From contig NZ_JH636436.1 in the NCBI RefSeq assembly GCF_000255655.1, positions 654,985 to 718,984 on the forward strand: a DNA stretch of 64,000 nt, written 5' to 3'. Within the stretch, counting starts at the first letter, position 1. Each line of letters begins with the position of its first letter. The position numbers were made by a program, and so were the translations under genes. Shown here one piece after another: positions 20,261-31,447 of this stretch. The notes under the pieces were generated by a model. It was given only the letters and a program-made list of their open reading frames with translations. It did not search any database and was not told the DNA's origin. This DNA is from Schlesneria paludicola DSM 18645 (GTDB lineage Bacteria > Planctomycetota > Planctomycetia > Planctomycetales > Planctomycetaceae).

Positions 20261-21682
20261 GTGCATGTGATGACCCCTCGTGAAGTTTTGGCTCTGTGTC
20301 GGCAGAAAGATCTGCGGGCCGTCGACCTACGGTTCATGGATTTTCCCGGTACACAGAAGCATTTCACCGTCCCCGTGACGGCCCTGACCGAAAAAAGTTT
20401 CGAAGAAGGGTTCAGCTTCGACGGTTCGTCCATCCGCGGATGGCAGTCGATCAACGAGAGCGACATGCTGGTTGTTCCCGCATCTGGAACGGCCTTTGTT
20501 GACCCGTTCATGACGCAAACTTTGGTCATGACCTGCAATATTCAAGACCCGATTACGCGTGAAGACTATGCCAAAGATCCGCGCAATGTTGCCCGCAAAG
20601 CAGAAAACTACATGAAGTTGACGGGGCTTGCGGATACGGCCAATTTCGGGCCCGAGGCCGAGTTTTTTGTCTTCGACGACGTGCGTTTTGATCAGAATGA
20701 GCACGAAGCGTACTACCACGTTGACAGTATTGAAGGTCAATGGAATCGTGGCCGTCACGAAGCTTCCGGCAATTCAGGCTACAAAATCCGCCACAAAGAA
20801 GGGTATTTTCCCGTTCCGCCGACGGATACGCTGCAGGGGGTTCGCACGGAAATGATGCTGACGCTGCAGGATTGCGGCGTCGAAGTGGAAGCCCAGCACC
20901 ACGAGGTCGCGACGGGGGGGCAGTGCGAAATCGACATGAAGTACGCGCCGCTTGTGCAAACGGCGGATAATCTGCTGCTCTACAAATACATTGTCAAAAA
21001 TGTGGCAGCACGGCACGGAAAATCAGCAACCTTCATGCCCAAGCCACTCTGGAACGACAATGGGTCCGGTCTGCACCTGCACTTCTCGCTCTGGAAAAAT
21101 GGGGCAAACCTCTTCGCCGGGTCGGGGTACGCCGGGCTTTCGGATATTGCGCTGCACGCCTTGGGCGGAATCCTGAAGCACGCACCCGCGTTGATGGCGA
21201 TTTGCTGCCCGACGACGAACAGTTACAAACGGTTGGTTCCGGGATTTGAGGCCCCGATCAATCTCACCTACAGCAGCCGCAATCGGTCGGCCGCGATCCG
21301 AATTCCCGTTCATACTCCGACACCGGAAAGTAAACGATTTGAGTTCCGCTGCCCGGATTCGTCATCGAACGGCTATCTCGCGATGGCGGCAATGCTGATG
21401 GCGGCGATCGATGGGATTCAGCGTCGAATTGACCCGGGCCGTCCGCTGGATAAAGACATCTATGATTTGGCGCCCGAAGAGCTGAAAGATGTTCCCAAAA
21501 CTCCCGCGTCGCTCGAGGAATCACTCGCTGCATTGCGGAAGGACCACGAATTTCTGCTGCGTGGCGATGTCTTCACGGAAGACGTCATCGATACTTGGAT
21601 CTGGTACAAGACCGAAAAAGAAGTCGAAGCCCTTCGTCAGCGTCCGCATCCGTATGAATTTGCGATGTACTACGATATCTGA
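20261..21682 (+). CDS. glnA: Glutamine synthetase type I
   Basis: 473-aa ORF with GS-I sequence features (DLRFMDFPG..., GSGLHLHFSLW, NSYKRLVPGFEAP). Confidence 0.9.
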   Translation: MHVMTPREVLALCRQKDLRAVDLRFMDFPGTQKHFTVPVTALTEKSFEEGFSFDGSSIRGWQSINESDMLVVPASGTAFVDPFMTQTLVMTCNIQDPITREDYAKDPRNVARKAENYMKLTGLADTANFGPEAEFFVFDDVRFDQNEHEAYYHVDSIEGQWNRGRHEASGNSGYKIRHKEGYFPVPPTDTLQGVRTEMMLTLQDCGVEVEAQHHEVATGGQCEIDMKYAPLVQTADNLLLYKYIVKNVAARHGKSATFMPKPLWNDNGSGLHLHFSLWKNGANLFAGSGYAGLSDIALHALGGILKHAPALMAICCPTTNSYKRLVPGFEAPINLTYSSRNRSAAIRIPVHTPTPESKRFEFRCPDSSSNGYLAMAAMLMAAIDGIQRRIDPGRPLDKDIYDLAPEELKDVPKTPASLEESLAALRKDHEFLLRGDVFTEDVIDTWIWYKTEKEVEALRQRPHPYEFAMYYDI

Positions 21683-21730
21683 TGCGACACGAGCGGCATT
21701 CGCGTGAAATCCGCGTCTCGTTTGCCGTCG

Positions 21731-22561
21731 TTACTTGATCGTGAATGCCGGGCCAGCCTCGTTTCGCTCGACGCTGGTTACTTCGTTCATCGTTGAGCCT
21801 GCGAATCGTTCGACAGGAGCGATGATGCTCACGGTGATTTGTCCCGTCGCGCCGTTCTTCAGCACGCCCGCATGAACGGCAACGGCGGCGAGATTGCTGT
21901 CGAGAGCGTAAGGGCCTGTTCCAATGACCGCCCCCGCATCGGCCTTTCCGGTCAGCGTGAAGGTCAACGTCTCCTTGAGCTTGTCCTTATATTCCGTCAG
22001 GTTTGCAGGAGCCATTTTCGGTGCGTTTGCGGTGGCGTTCTTGGGATCTCCCTCCTTCGGGGGCGTTCCTGAAGTGGCCATTGCACCACCGCTTGTTGAG
22101 CCGAGCTCTTGCGGGGTGAGAAAACCATCGCCGTTCTTGTCGAGCTTGCGAAACTCGGCGAACTTCGCCCGATCCCACTCGTAGAGACCGATCTGACCAT
22201 CGCCGTTCTTATCGAGTGAGCGATAGGCCTCGGGAAGTGCCGCCGTCCGAGAACGACGGGTCGCAGTGGCCTCACCGATATAGTACAGCTCGTCCGGGCG
22301 AACATCGTCCGTTTCCGAGCCGTCCTCAATCCACACAATCTTCAGCATTTTATTCGCTTTGATTTCGCGGATTTCGACGAGGTAATTCTTCTTCTTTCCG
22401 TTGGCGTCGGGGTAAACCCCCACCAGCTTGGATCCAACCACCAGCTTGGCCTCAGCTTCAACTTGCTTGCCTGCGATCAAATTCACCGGCGTTTCCGCTC
22501 TCGCAGTCGAAACGCCGGCGAATAACATCAGCAAGAAACAGATGAGCCAACGGGTTTTCAT
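21731..22561 (-). CDS. Secreted protein with two EF-hand-like Ca-binding loops and a C-terminal LCCL domain
   Basis: Signal peptide (MKTRWLICFLLMLFAGVSTARA). Two DKNGDG loops. LCCL signature (TGKADAGAVIGTGPYALDSNLAAVAVHAGVLKNG). Confidence 0.6.
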   Translation of the reverse strand: MKTRWLICFLLMLFAGVSTARAETPVNLIAGKQVEAEAKLVVGSKLVGVYPDANGKKKNYLVEIREIKANKMLKIVWIEDGSETDDVRPDELYYIGEATATRRSRTAALPEAYRSLDKNGDGQIGLYEWDRAKFAEFRKLDKNGDGFLTPQELGSTSGGAMATSGTPPKEGDPKNATANAPKMAPANLTEYKDKLKETLTFTLTGKADAGAVIGTGPYALDSNLAAVAVHAGVLKNGATGQITVSIIAPVERFAGSTMNEVTSVERNEAGPAFTIK

Positions 22562-22589
22562 GGCGGTCCCCAGTCTGCCTCGGTCGTAT

Positions 22590-24176
22590 TCAACCGATGA
22601 TGGACGGATCAGTTTCTGGAACCAGATCGCTATCGGGATTAAACCATTCCTCTTTGTACTCGATCCGCTTCTTGTGCTTCATTGCCAGGTTGGATGTGAG
22701 GGCCATGATGGCATCCTTCATGCCTTGCTTGCCTGGGCAACGAAGTACTTTCTCACCTTGCTCCGGATTGCTGCCGAAGTTTCGGATGCAGAATGCGAAG
22801 TGTTCCATTTCTTCGGTATAGCCGCGGCTGACCTTGCCGACATCAGCGGTGGAAGCGGCCTTGGTGGGAGCGATGCTGGCGCTGGCTGCCAGGACCGGTT
22901 GACCGTCACTTCCGTCGATCGCATACAGTCGCTGGTCGATGCCACCCTTGGACGAGCCCGTGGCTTCTTTGTAGAGCATCGCTTCCAGTTCTTGCTTCAT
23001 GATCAGTGTCCCACGACTGCCGAAGACCGTCTCGCCGTACGGCTCGCTACGGTTCGTGCTGATCGAAGAGTAGGTCACGATGCAGACGTCATTCTTATCG
23101 TCTGCGTAATGAGGACCTGGGAACTCAAAAGTCATGTAGACGTGATCGTCGATATCGCGGTCATCAGCTTGCTGTTCGGGTGATCCGATCCCTTTCACGC
23201 CGTAATAGTTTTTGCCGCCATAGCCATAGCAGGCGATTGGCTGAACCTTGTTTAAGAAGATGCTGGCTGCGTCGAGTTGGTGGCTTCCCAATTCGGCCAT
23301 CAGCCCCCCACCGGTGTTGTTGTACAACCGCCAGTTCACCAACCGCTCCATCGATGGATAGCCGAATTCGCTCGCGAGGAACTTGTCGAGATCGGTCACA
23401 CCCTTTTCCTTGGCGTGTGCCAGCAAACCCTCGATGTCCTGCTTGAATTTGCGTCCAAATGATTCGGCGGTGTAACCACCTGGTCGCCAGCTATCGCTGC
23501 CGGGGAAGCTGTTGTTGCGGTGCCACTGGGCGCGGATGAATTTCAAATCACCGAGCATCCCTTTGCGGATCATGGTGTTCGCATTTTCATACAGCACGTT
23601 GTAGTGGCGCTGATGACCCACTGCGAGCAGTTTCTTTTCCTGCTTCGCAACCCGGATCATCTCTTTACACTGCATGACGGTGTGTGCCATCAGCTTTTCG
23701 GTCAGCACATGCTTGCCTGCTTTCAAGCAATCGATGGCGACCTGAGCGTGTTGGCACAAAGGCACAGCGATCACGACCGCTTCGATTTCCGGATGCTTCG
23801 AAAGCAGCTCGTGGTGATCGCGGTAGAGTTCCACCTTCTTTGCCGTTGCGGCACCGAGCTTGCGGTTGAGACCCCAGCGAATTTCGTCGCCGTCGCCTTG
23901 CAAAGCGCGAACTCGGTTTTTGGCTCGCAGGTCTGCGATCGCCACGATCTGCATGTATGCAGGTGGATGTTGCGTCAGCAAGACCGAACCTTCGTCGCCA
24001 GTTCCGATAAAGCCGACCTTGATCGGGTCTCCAGTCAATGCCCCATACCCGAAGTAGGTCGCACCGAGTGTTGCGGTCACGGCGGCGGCACCGGTCAGGA
24101 ATTCGCGCCGTGTGAAGGCAACGGCTTCATTAAAGTTCTCTTTGCCCAGACGTTCTTGTTCTGGTGTGAGTTGCAT
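22590..24176 (-). CDS. Tat-exported Gfo/Idh/MocA family oxidoreductase
   Basis: Start placed at the ATG with a GAGGAG Shine-Dalgarno 7 nt upstream. Twin-arginine signal ([17 protein letters not shown]). Rossmann [11 protein letters not shown]... Confidence 0.75.
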   Translation of the reverse strand: MQLTPEQERLGKENFNEAVAFTRREFLTGAAAVTATLGATYFGYGALTGDPIKVGFIGTGDEGSVLLTQHPPAYMQIVAIADLRAKNRVRALQGDGDEIRWGLNRKLGAATAKKVELYRDHHELLSKHPEIEAVVIAVPLCQHAQVAIDCLKAGKHVLTEKLMAHTVMQCKEMIRVAKQEKKLLAVGHQRHYNVLYENANTMIRKGMLGDLKFIRAQWHRNNSFPGSDSWRPGGYTAESFGRKFKQDIEGLLAHAKEKGVTDLDKFLASEFGYPSMERLVNWRLYNNTGGGLMAELGSHQLDAASIFLNKVQPIACYGYGGKNYYGVKGIGSPEQQADDRDIDDHVYMTFEFPGPHYADDKNDVCIVTYSSISTNRSEPYGETVFGSRGTLIMKQELEAMLYKEATGSSKGGIDQRLYAIDGSDGQPVLAASASIAPTKAASTADVGKVSRGYTEEMEHFAFCIRNFGSNPEQGEKVLRCPGKQGMKDAIMALTSNLAMKHKKRIEYKEEWFNPDSDLVPETDPSIIG

Positions 24177-24289
24177 GAAAGTCTCCTCGTGTCGATTCGT
24201 CGATACTTGAATTTTAGTCGAAAGTTCTTGGTTGCTGGTGCCAATTTCCGTGGAAATTGCCGTTCCGTTGCGAATCGGAGAACGCTGAA

Positions 24290-25525
24290 CTATTTCGGTC
24301 GGCGGACGCGATGAATCAATGCCGAAATGATGGCGTCGATTCCGAACCACTTACCGCTTGGCAGGGCCGCGATCGCTAGCAAGGCGATCATTTCGACCAG
24401 CACTTTGTTTACGATCAAGTTGTGTTCAATACTCGGGATCTCTTGCACGCCGGGCCATGGTGGCATCGCCATGTAGAACATCATGAGCAGTCCGGCACCG
24501 CCGATGGCCGATAATCGCGTGAATAGTCCAACCATCAGCAGCAGGCCAAAGATCGTCAGCCCCCACATCGTTTGGCTATTAATGCGCTGCATGGGGGACG
24601 GGGCAGGTGGTACTGGCCCGAGTGCGAGTTGTTGCTCACCCAATATCTTGCTCGCATCGTCGAAGAGGTCTTTTTCTAAGGCTTGGACGGGGCCCACAAG
24701 ATTACGGCGTGTCTTTTGCAAATCACTCCATTGGCGTTCGAGGTGATCCCATTCGAACTTCGTTTTCGCTTCGGCGTACTTTTCTTCGTATTGCTTAATT
24801 TGTTCTTTGTAGTATTCGACTTCTCCCACCATCACGACCAGTTCTTGACCGTCGTCACCCTTCGCTTTTTGAACGATGCCAACGCGCTCGGGATCACCTT
24901 TCAACATGGCGGCCAAACGCTCGCGATACGACAATTTTGATGACTGACGTGCGACGTCGTTGACGGCCTTGATGACTGGGTCAAATCCAGCCTTATCAGT
25001 GGCCGCTTTTTGAGCGTCTTTGATGACTTCCAACAGCTTGGCTTGCTCGGTTGGCAGCAAGTGCAATTTGCCATCAATGGTCAGCTTCTTCGTCGCGGCA
25101 TCGTACTTGATTGCATCTTTGGCAATTCCCGCGGACTTGATCGCTTCGCTCAGATCGAATCCGGCAGGCAGTTCCGGTACGACAACGCTGAACCCGTTCG
25201 GACTTCCATCCAGCAATCGATCAAGTGCCGTGGCTTCGACGCCATAGTGGGCGACAAATCGGTCGCGCCAGCCGTCCCACTTGGCCGACATTGACTCATA
25301 GTCCAGCCACGACAGATCGTTCGGGTCTCCGGTCATATTGCGAAACGCGGTTCGCATCGGGCCGGTGGAGTTCTTGAGGTACCCTTCGGCTGTCCATGGT
25401 GCGGCCGTGCTTTGAGTGTTGAGTTTCCACAACCCTTCGTAGAGCAAATGCCAGCCAATGGAGACCCGTAACACCACCAACAAGGCTACCGCGAGCCAGG
25501 GAATCTTGCGCAAGTCTGACGGCAC
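24290..25525 (-). CDS. Membrane protein with DoxX-like N-terminal TM segments and a large central soluble (coiled-coil-rich) domain
   Basis: N-terminus [17 protein letters not shown] resembles DoxX. C-terminal TM helices. No further assignment. Confidence 0.45.
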   Translation of the reverse strand: MPSDLRKIPWLAVALLVVLRVSIGWHLLYEGLWKLNTQSTAAPWTAEGYLKNSTGPMRTAFRNMTGDPNDLSWLDYESMSAKWDGWRDRFVAHYGVEATALDRLLDGSPNGFSVVVPELPAGFDLSEAIKSAGIAKDAIKYDAATKKLTIDGKLHLLPTEQAKLLEVIKDAQKAATDKAGFDPVIKAVNDVARQSSKLSYRERLAAMLKGDPERVGIVQKAKGDDGQELVVMVGEVEYYKEQIKQYEEKYAEAKTKFEWDHLERQWSDLQKTRRNLVGPVQALEKDLFDDASKILGEQQLALGPVPPAPSPMQRINSQTMWGLTIFGLLLMVGLFTRLSAIGGAGLLMMFYMAMPPWPGVQEIPSIEHNLIVNKVLVEMIALLAIAALPSGKWFGIDAIISALIHRVRRPK

Positions 25526-25549
25526 TCGGAATCTCTTTCAGATGAAGAC

Positions 25550-26659
25550 TCAGGTCGCAAACCACCTCTCGCGAGGCATGTTGTACAGGATCGGTTCTAG
25601 TGTCTGACCCTGCTTGGGCAGCGGAAAAAAGATCGCGCCCACGGAAGTCGGCAGATTATCACAACATTGCAGACTCTTTTCGACTCCCAATACGAAAAAA
25701 GCGGTAGAAAGCGCATCGGCCATCGCCGCTTCCGGCGCAATGACGCTGACGGAAAGCAGTGTTTCCACGGGCCAGCCGGTTCGCGGATCAAGGATATGCC
25801 CGTAACGTTTTCCTTCATGACGGAACCATTGTACCGCCGTGCCGCTCGTGCCGATCGCCGCATCTTTGAGCAGTAGCGTCGCAAATGGTTTGTCCGGCAA
25901 CAGTGGATTTCTCAGCCCAATCGGCCAACCGTCGTGACCGGCATGACTTCCCTGTGCGCGAATGCTGCTCCGCCCGCCATGAACGAGCCAATTTTCCACT
26001 CCGCCCTCGAGAAGTCGAAGTCCTGCCTGATCGACGGCGTAGCCTTTTCCAATGGCTCCCAGATTGAACGACATTCCTTCACAGGGAAACGCAATCGTCT
26101 GATCTGTTTGGTCAAATTGAACTTTCGTCACGCCGCACTGTGGAAGCGTGGTTGCAATTTCGTCCTCTGTGGGGATGCGAAATTCCTGACGGCAACGACG
26201 CCAGAGATTGATCAATGCGCCCGACGCCGGATCAAACGCCTGCTCTGTCTGATCGCAGAGTGCGCGTCCCATTTCGAGCAGCGAATACAATTCCTGCTGA
26301 ACGAACACCGGTTCTTGGGCCGCCCGCCGGTTCAAATCGCTCAGAGTGCTGTCGGTGCGATAGACGGAAAGTTGCTGTTCCAATTCATGGACCAGATCGA
26401 GGGCGCACGAGGCGGCATCGATCTGGTCAGCGGAATTGCTGGGGTTGAGCATGACGTCAAAGTCGCACGCCATGGCGGTTGTGCGCAGCATCAACGTCGG
26501 TCCTCGCGATGGAGCAGGGACCGACGTCAGATCATCCGCCAGTTGTTCGCCCACTCGTCCCGCCGCGTCGCGAATGGCGCGAATGGCGCGACCGGTCAAA
26601 AAATCTCGGCGGTTCGGAGCGGATTCAGACATGTTGGGCGATCGACCGTTCCAGCGCAT
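25550..26659 (-). CDS. apbE: FAD:protein FMN transferase (ApbE family), Tat-exported
   Basis: RRDFLTGRA Tat motif. ApbE motif (NLGAIGKGYAVD). Start is either 26659 or the Met at 26632. Confidence 0.8.
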   Translation of the reverse strand: MRWNGRSPNMSESAPNRRDFLTGRAIRAIRDAAGRVGEQLADDLTSVPAPSRGPTLMLRTTAMACDFDVMLNPSNSADQIDAASCALDLVHELEQQLSVYRTDSTLSDLNRRAAQEPVFVQQELYSLLEMGRALCDQTEQAFDPASGALINLWRRCRQEFRIPTEDEIATTLPQCGVTKVQFDQTDQTIAFPCEGMSFNLGAIGKGYAVDQAGLRLLEGGVENWLVHGGRSSIRAQGSHAGHDGWPIGLRNPLLPDKPFATLLLKDAAIGTSGTAVQWFRHEGKRYGHILDPRTGWPVETLLSVSVIAPEAAMADALSTAFFVLGVEKSLQCCDNLPTSVGAIFFPLPKQGQTLEPILYNMPRERWFAT

Positions 26660-26716
26660 TCATCTCAAGGTGTGTTGCCGGAACGCCTCGATGGTCATTC
26701 ATGACTTGCGACCTCG

Positions 26717-28015
26717 TTACAGCGACCAACCCGCACGGTATTCACGTTTCAGGAACTGATCCGCCTCGGGCGAATCGGTCTTGAGCGCTTGTGCATCCCA
26801 GAGGATTGGTTTTCCGGCACGGTAGCTGACATTGCCCAGCAGGACGGCTTCAGTCAGGGTTCCCCCATATTCGAAGTGGGACGAGGTCGATCCCTTGGTG
26901 CGAATGGCCGTCAGCCATTCTGCGTGGTGTCCGGCGACGGATTCGGCGATCCAGGGCTTTACAGGTGCTGCCGTTTTTCCTTCCTGCATGAACAGATTGT
27001 TCGTGCCATAGTCCGAGATCAATCGACCGTTCGGCCCTTCGAAGAGCACGGCTGAGTTTTTCTTGTAGGACTCGGCTCCTTCTGGCATCCAACCGCCGTG
27101 ATACCAGGTCAAATGGACGGGCGGTTGATCGCCGCGTGCTGGAAATTTGTAGTCGACCTTCATCAGGTTGGGACACTCGTTGTCGCCGTTGTGCCCCTTT
27201 TCGCCCGTGGCCGACACGGATGTCGGAGCCCCAAGTTCCAGAGCCCAGAACGCCAGGTCCATGTAGTGACAGCCCAAGTCCGCCAGGGTGCCACCGCCGA
27301 AATCCCACCAGAAACGCCAGTTGAAGTGGAAATGGGCCTCGCTGAATGGCCGATACGGCGCGGGTCCGATCCATTGATCGTAATGAACGTAGGATGGCGG
27401 TTCGCTGGTCTTCACGGCGGGAAACGATCGTACTGGTGCGCCGACCCAGACATGCACGCGTTCGACAGGACCGATTGTTCCCGCGCGGATTGTTTCAACG
27501 ACCCGGCGATAGTTCGACCCGGCATGGATCTGGTTGCCCATTTGCGTCGGTACTCGAGCTGCAGCATTCAGCTTGCGGATTTGACGTGCTTCCCAGACCG
27601 AGTGCGTCAAGGGTTTCTCACAGTAAACCGGCAGGCCTTTCTTCAGCGCTGCGGCTGCGACAAACGCGTGGACATGGTCGGGCGTACTGCAGACGACGCC
27701 GTCGAGCCCCGGCACTTCGAGTGCTTCGCGAAAGTCGAAGACCCGCTTGGCCTGCGGGATTTTTTCGCCAGCGGCTTCGAGACGTTTGTCATCAATATCG
27801 CATAGCACGACGATGTTTTCGTGCGAAACACCGTTCAGATTGGCGGCACCGCGGTCGGCGACGCCGATCACAGCCAGATTCAGTTTCTCGTTGGCGCTGC
27901 GAGCTTCCTTCGCTTGCGCAACCGTTGGCCACGCCAGAACGCCCGCGGCGGTCGCTGCTGTTCCGGCTTTCACAGCGGCTTCAAGGAATTCACGACGGCT
28001 GAGACCCTGGGTCAT
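26717..28015 (-). CDS. Tat-exported Gfo/Idh/MocA family oxidoreductase
   Basis: SRREFLEAAVKAGTAATAAG Tat signal. LNLAVIGVADRG Rossmann. EKPLTHS motif. Confidence 0.8.
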   Translation of the reverse strand: MTQGLSRREFLEAAVKAGTAATAAGVLAWPTVAQAKEARSANEKLNLAVIGVADRGAANLNGVSHENIVVLCDIDDKRLEAAGEKIPQAKRVFDFREALEVPGLDGVVCSTPDHVHAFVAAAALKKGLPVYCEKPLTHSVWEARQIRKLNAAARVPTQMGNQIHAGSNYRRVVETIRAGTIGPVERVHVWVGAPVRSFPAVKTSEPPSYVHYDQWIGPAPYRPFSEAHFHFNWRFWWDFGGGTLADLGCHYMDLAFWALELGAPTSVSATGEKGHNGDNECPNLMKVDYKFPARGDQPPVHLTWYHGGWMPEGAESYKKNSAVLFEGPNGRLISDYGTNNLFMQEGKTAAPVKPWIAESVAGHHAEWLTAIRTKGSTSSHFEYGGTLTEAVLLGNVSYRAGKPILWDAQALKTDSPEADQFLKREYRAGWSL

Positions 28016-28225
28016 GACAAACTTCCCGGCAAATGTGTGAATGAATCGACCTCAATGGTCCTAGGCAACCGGCGCAGGCTGCGTCCGGTCAATAGACCAT
28101 CCAATACGTCTGCCTGCAAGCGACTGGCTGTTCGGTATTGAGTCCCACAGAAATCTGTCACTCGAAAACTGAATCTCCGCAACAGAGGGCCGAAGCGGTA
28201 TTTCGATCAACGGCGTGCGTGATGG

Positions 28226-28693
28226 TCACAGGTCGTCGTGATTGACAGAATGTCCGTTTTTCGACGCGTGGTAGCGGCGAATTTCTTCTTCTAGTTCTCG
28301 GCGTTCGTGTCGCAGATTGGCCCGTGCGACGGCGGTGTACGCGAATGTCGACAGCCAGTCCCCGAGCGCCATCAGTACCATCCACAGGACGAGTACGAAG
28401 ACGCACCCGACCCAAACGAAAAACAGCATCGGTCTTCGGATGAAGACTTGATCAAGTTGATCTCCGATCGGAATCATCAGGCCGATCGTGCCTAGCATAA
28501 CACTGACCTGCATCCGCCGACGAAATTGTCGGTCTGCGTGCAGGCGGGCCGAATCGTCATTTTCGACAACTTCATCCAGCGACCGACGCGAACGCCAGAC
28601 GAAGACTCCCATCACAATTGCGCACGCGACGAGCAGCCCGCCAAAGAGGAGCGCTGGCAGCGTGGTGGCGTCGATTCGTATCGGTAGAGGCAT
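28226..28693 (-). CDS. Hypothetical small membrane protein
   Basis: Two or three predicted TM helices. Start set at the internal Met (MPLPIRID...). No recognisable family. Confidence 0.35.
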   Translation of the reverse strand: MPLPIRIDATTLPALLFGGLLVACAIVMGVFVWRSRRSLDEVVENDDSARLHADRQFRRRMQVSVMLGTIGLMIPIGDQLDQVFIRRPMLFFVWVGCVFVLVLWMVLMALGDWLSTFAYTAVARANLRHERRELEEEIRRYHASKNGHSVNHDDL

Positions 28694-28876
28694 GATGCAG
28701 AAATAATACTGATCTCGCGGACCAGTTCCCACCGCGTGATCGATCAGGGGGCCGGTTGAGATTCGTCGACACAGTCTCCAATGCGATGGCATGCCGCTTT
28801 GACCCATGCAAGACCGCTACGGGCGCATTTCTGAAGCTCATTTCGAGCGACTGGCATCGGAGTTTGTTACACAGTC

Positions 28877-29362
28877 TCATCCGCCAATTTCGGCCAATTT
28901 TTCCGCGACTTCCTCAACGTGTCCATCGACTTTGACTTTCGGCCAGACTGCGGCAATTTTGCCCTGCTTGTCGATCAAGAACGTGGCGCGCTGGATTCCC
29001 ATCGACTTCTTGCCGTACATGTTCTTCTCGACCCAGACTCCATATTTTTCCGCGACAGCATGGTCTTCGTCGGCGAGCAGAGGAAATGGCAACGAGAATT
29101 TTTCTGCGAATTTTTGATGCGAATCGACCGTATCCGTACTCAATCCCAGCACGGCGGTCTCAGCCGACTGGAACTGCCCGATCGTGTCACGAAATCCGCA
29201 GGCTTCTTTGGTACAGCCGGGCGTGTCGTCGCGAGGATAGAAGTACAGCACGATATTCTGCTTGCCTTTGAACTGGCTCAGTTTCGCTCGGCCCTGGGGA
29301 AATGCGGGAAGGTCAAACGCAGGGGCCTTATCACCCACGGCCGGCATCGAAATTTCGGTCAT
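28877..29362 (-). CDS. bcp: Thiol peroxidase Bcp (peroxiredoxin)
   Basis: Start has GGAGAG 5 nt upstream. MTEISMPAVGDKAPAF...PGCTKEAC peroxidatic-Cys motif. Confidence 0.85.
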   Translation of the reverse strand: MTEISMPAVGDKAPAFDLPAFPQGRAKLSQFKGKQNIVLYFYPRDDTPGCTKEACGFRDTIGQFQSAETAVLGLSTDTVDSHQKFAEKFSLPFPLLADEDHAVAEKYGVWVEKNMYGKKSMGIQRATFLIDKQGKIAAVWPKVKVDGHVEEVAEKLAEIGG

Positions 29363-29643
29363 GTTGTCTCTCCAGATTGGCTTTTCGTTGTGGTTTTGCT
29401 GTGTCGTGACAGTTTTATCGGATCTGAGCGGAATTGACGGGATCATTATTTCGAGCCGAGTTGATTTGACCAGCCTGTTGAATTCACGATGCTGGCTCGA
29501 TCGAGTCTCGAAAGCCATGGGCACGCGCTGATCCATGAGGTTGCTGATTTCGACAGCAGGTTGGCCAGCGCCGGCAACGCTTCATCAGATACACTTCCGA
29601 CTTCTTCGTCCGAACGACCCGCGAAACGGTACCCTCTCAAACG

Positions 29644-30414
29644 ATGATTGTGATTCCAGTTCTTGACGTGCTGAATGGTCAGGTTGTTCGTGGAGTTGCC
29701 GGACGCCGATCGGACTATCGTCCGATCATCAGTCGACTGTCGCCCAGGACCGATCCTGTCAGCGTTGCGCAATCGCTTCGCGACTCGTTCGGTTTCAAAG
29801 TCTTCTATGTCGCAGATTTGGATGGAATTCTGCATGGTCTGCCCAATTTGACGCTCTATCGACAGCTCTCTGATCTCGGTTTGGAAACGCTGGTCGATGG
29901 CGGGGTATGTGACGTCGACGGTGCGACGACGCTCATCAATGCCGGGGCCACACGTATCATTGTTGGGCTTGAGACTTGTCGTTCACCGGATGCGTTGGCG
30001 CAACTGGTCGCTGCCTTTCCGGATCTGATCTTCAGTCTTGATCTTCAGCAAGGAGTTCCTCGCCGAGCGATCGATTCCGTCGGGTGGTATGACGACGCCA
30101 CCAGAATCGCGAATCAAATCAGCGCAGCCAAAATACGTTCGATTCTGGTGCTTGATCTGGCGGACGTGGGAACCGGCACAGGCGGTTCAACCGATAAGCT
30201 TTGCCGTCGAATTCGAACAGAATTTCCCGAGATCAGCGTGATTACCGGGGGCGGCGTTCGGGGGGCAGGTGACCTGCGCCGTTTACATCGTATTGGCGCG
30301 AATCAGGTTCTCGTCGCGTCGGCATTGCACGACGGTCGACTCACCCGTGAGGAACTGGCTGAGATTCAGAACGACGTCGACAAAGTGGGATCGGATAACG
30401 CGTTGGGATCTTGA
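29644..30414 (+). CDS. HisA/HisF-family TIM-barrel protein
   Basis: MIVIPVLDVLNGQVVRGV... and a C-terminal GGGVRGAGD phosphate-binding motif typical of HisA/HisF. Confidence 0.6.
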   Translation: MIVIPVLDVLNGQVVRGVAGRRSDYRPIISRLSPRTDPVSVAQSLRDSFGFKVFYVADLDGILHGLPNLTLYRQLSDLGLETLVDGGVCDVDGATTLINAGATRIIVGLETCRSPDALAQLVAAFPDLIFSLDLQQGVPRRAIDSVGWYDDATRIANQISAAKIRSILVLDLADVGTGTGGSTDKLCRRIRTEFPEISVITGGGVRGAGDLRRLHRIGANQVLVASALHDGRLTREELAEIQNDVDKVGSDNALGS

Positions 30415-30872
30415 GTGAGCGAGTTCGGATCAGTCGAGGCGAATTTCTTTTTCGAAGATTTTCGCTTCTTGGATGACGAGAGGTCGTAATCGCTTGGGTC
30501 AAAATTCGTGAGATGTCCGTCGCGGAAAAACAGAATCACGCTATAGCCTTCGTTATCCGGGCCCCACGTGAAGGCATTGTCTGTGGATTGGACTCCCTCT
30601 GATCTCATCCGACCCGTTTCGGTCGTGTATTCACCCGGTTCACCGATCGCGGCTTCGACTTCACGTAAGCTCATAGTGTTTTGAACGTTATTAGCGACGA
30701 GCCAATAGAGTGACTCGTGATTTCGTTCCGCAGAAAATCTCTCGCGATGGACGCGTTGAGCTTCCAGTCTGGCAGGATCGGGCTTGACGTATGCGTCCAA
30801 CCCCGGCACACCCGCGTTATGTAGAGTCTCGCAGCCGATGCAGACCAGAAGGGCTGAGATCGAAAGACTCAT
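30366..30872 (-). CDS. Hypothetical lipoprotein
   Basis: Lipobox LLVCIGC after a signal peptide. Low-complexity Ser/Lys tail. Converges on and overlaps the 3' end of the previous gene. Confidence 0.4.
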   Translation of the reverse strand: MSLSISALLVCIGCETLHNAGVPGLDAYVKPDPARLEAQRVHRERFSAERNHESLYWLVANNVQNTMSLREVEAAIGEPGEYTTETGRMRSEGVQSTDNAFTWGPDNEGYSVILFFRDGHLTNFDPSDYDLSSSKKRKSSKKKFASTDPNSLTQDPNALSDPTLSTSF

Positions 30873-31057
30873 CGAAACATTTAAAAAACGATACTGGAAC
30901 ATACAGACCGCCCCTCGGAACAAAAGCAGATCGGGGCGAAAGTTATGACAGACTGCAAAATTGATCCAGACCGACTTGTTTCTTCGCAGGCTTGACCAAG
31001 GCCGTTTGGGCTTTTATTGTTAGCACTCTCCAGCCCCGAAACCGGGGCGAATGACCG

Positions 31058-31131
31058 GGACGATTAGCTCAGTTGGTTAGAGCGCCACGTTGACATCGTG
31101 GAGGTCGTTGGTTCGAGTCCAATATCGTCCA
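31058..31131 (+). tRNA. tRNA-Val (anticodon GAC)
   Basis: Canonical cloverleaf: GGACGAT/ATCGTCC acceptor, GCTC-AGTTGGTTAG-AGCG D-arm, anticodon loop TTGACAT, T-loop TTCGAGT, discriminator A. Confidence 0.85.
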
Positions 31132-31447
31132 CTTATCACAACTTGATGCTGGCTCGTAATTTACGATTGCCCATCAGGTGAAGAAAGAGGGCCAAAGCGG
31201 GTTGCTACCCTAGTTTTGACCCTGATCGGCCCTGCGGCGTGAAAGTTTGTCGTTCATCGGACCCTGTTGCAGGGTGGCGCATCCGCGAGGAATCTGAAAA
31301 GTCCTCAACCTCTCTCTTCTCCTGCCTGAATTCCGCCAAACAGCAGGCTCGCGTCAAGATTGACGTCAGATCAACTGACAAAACGACGATCCCCGTGGAG
31401 CCGCAGGACTGCCCCACGGGGATTCGTGTTTGAGGAAAATGAAACGT

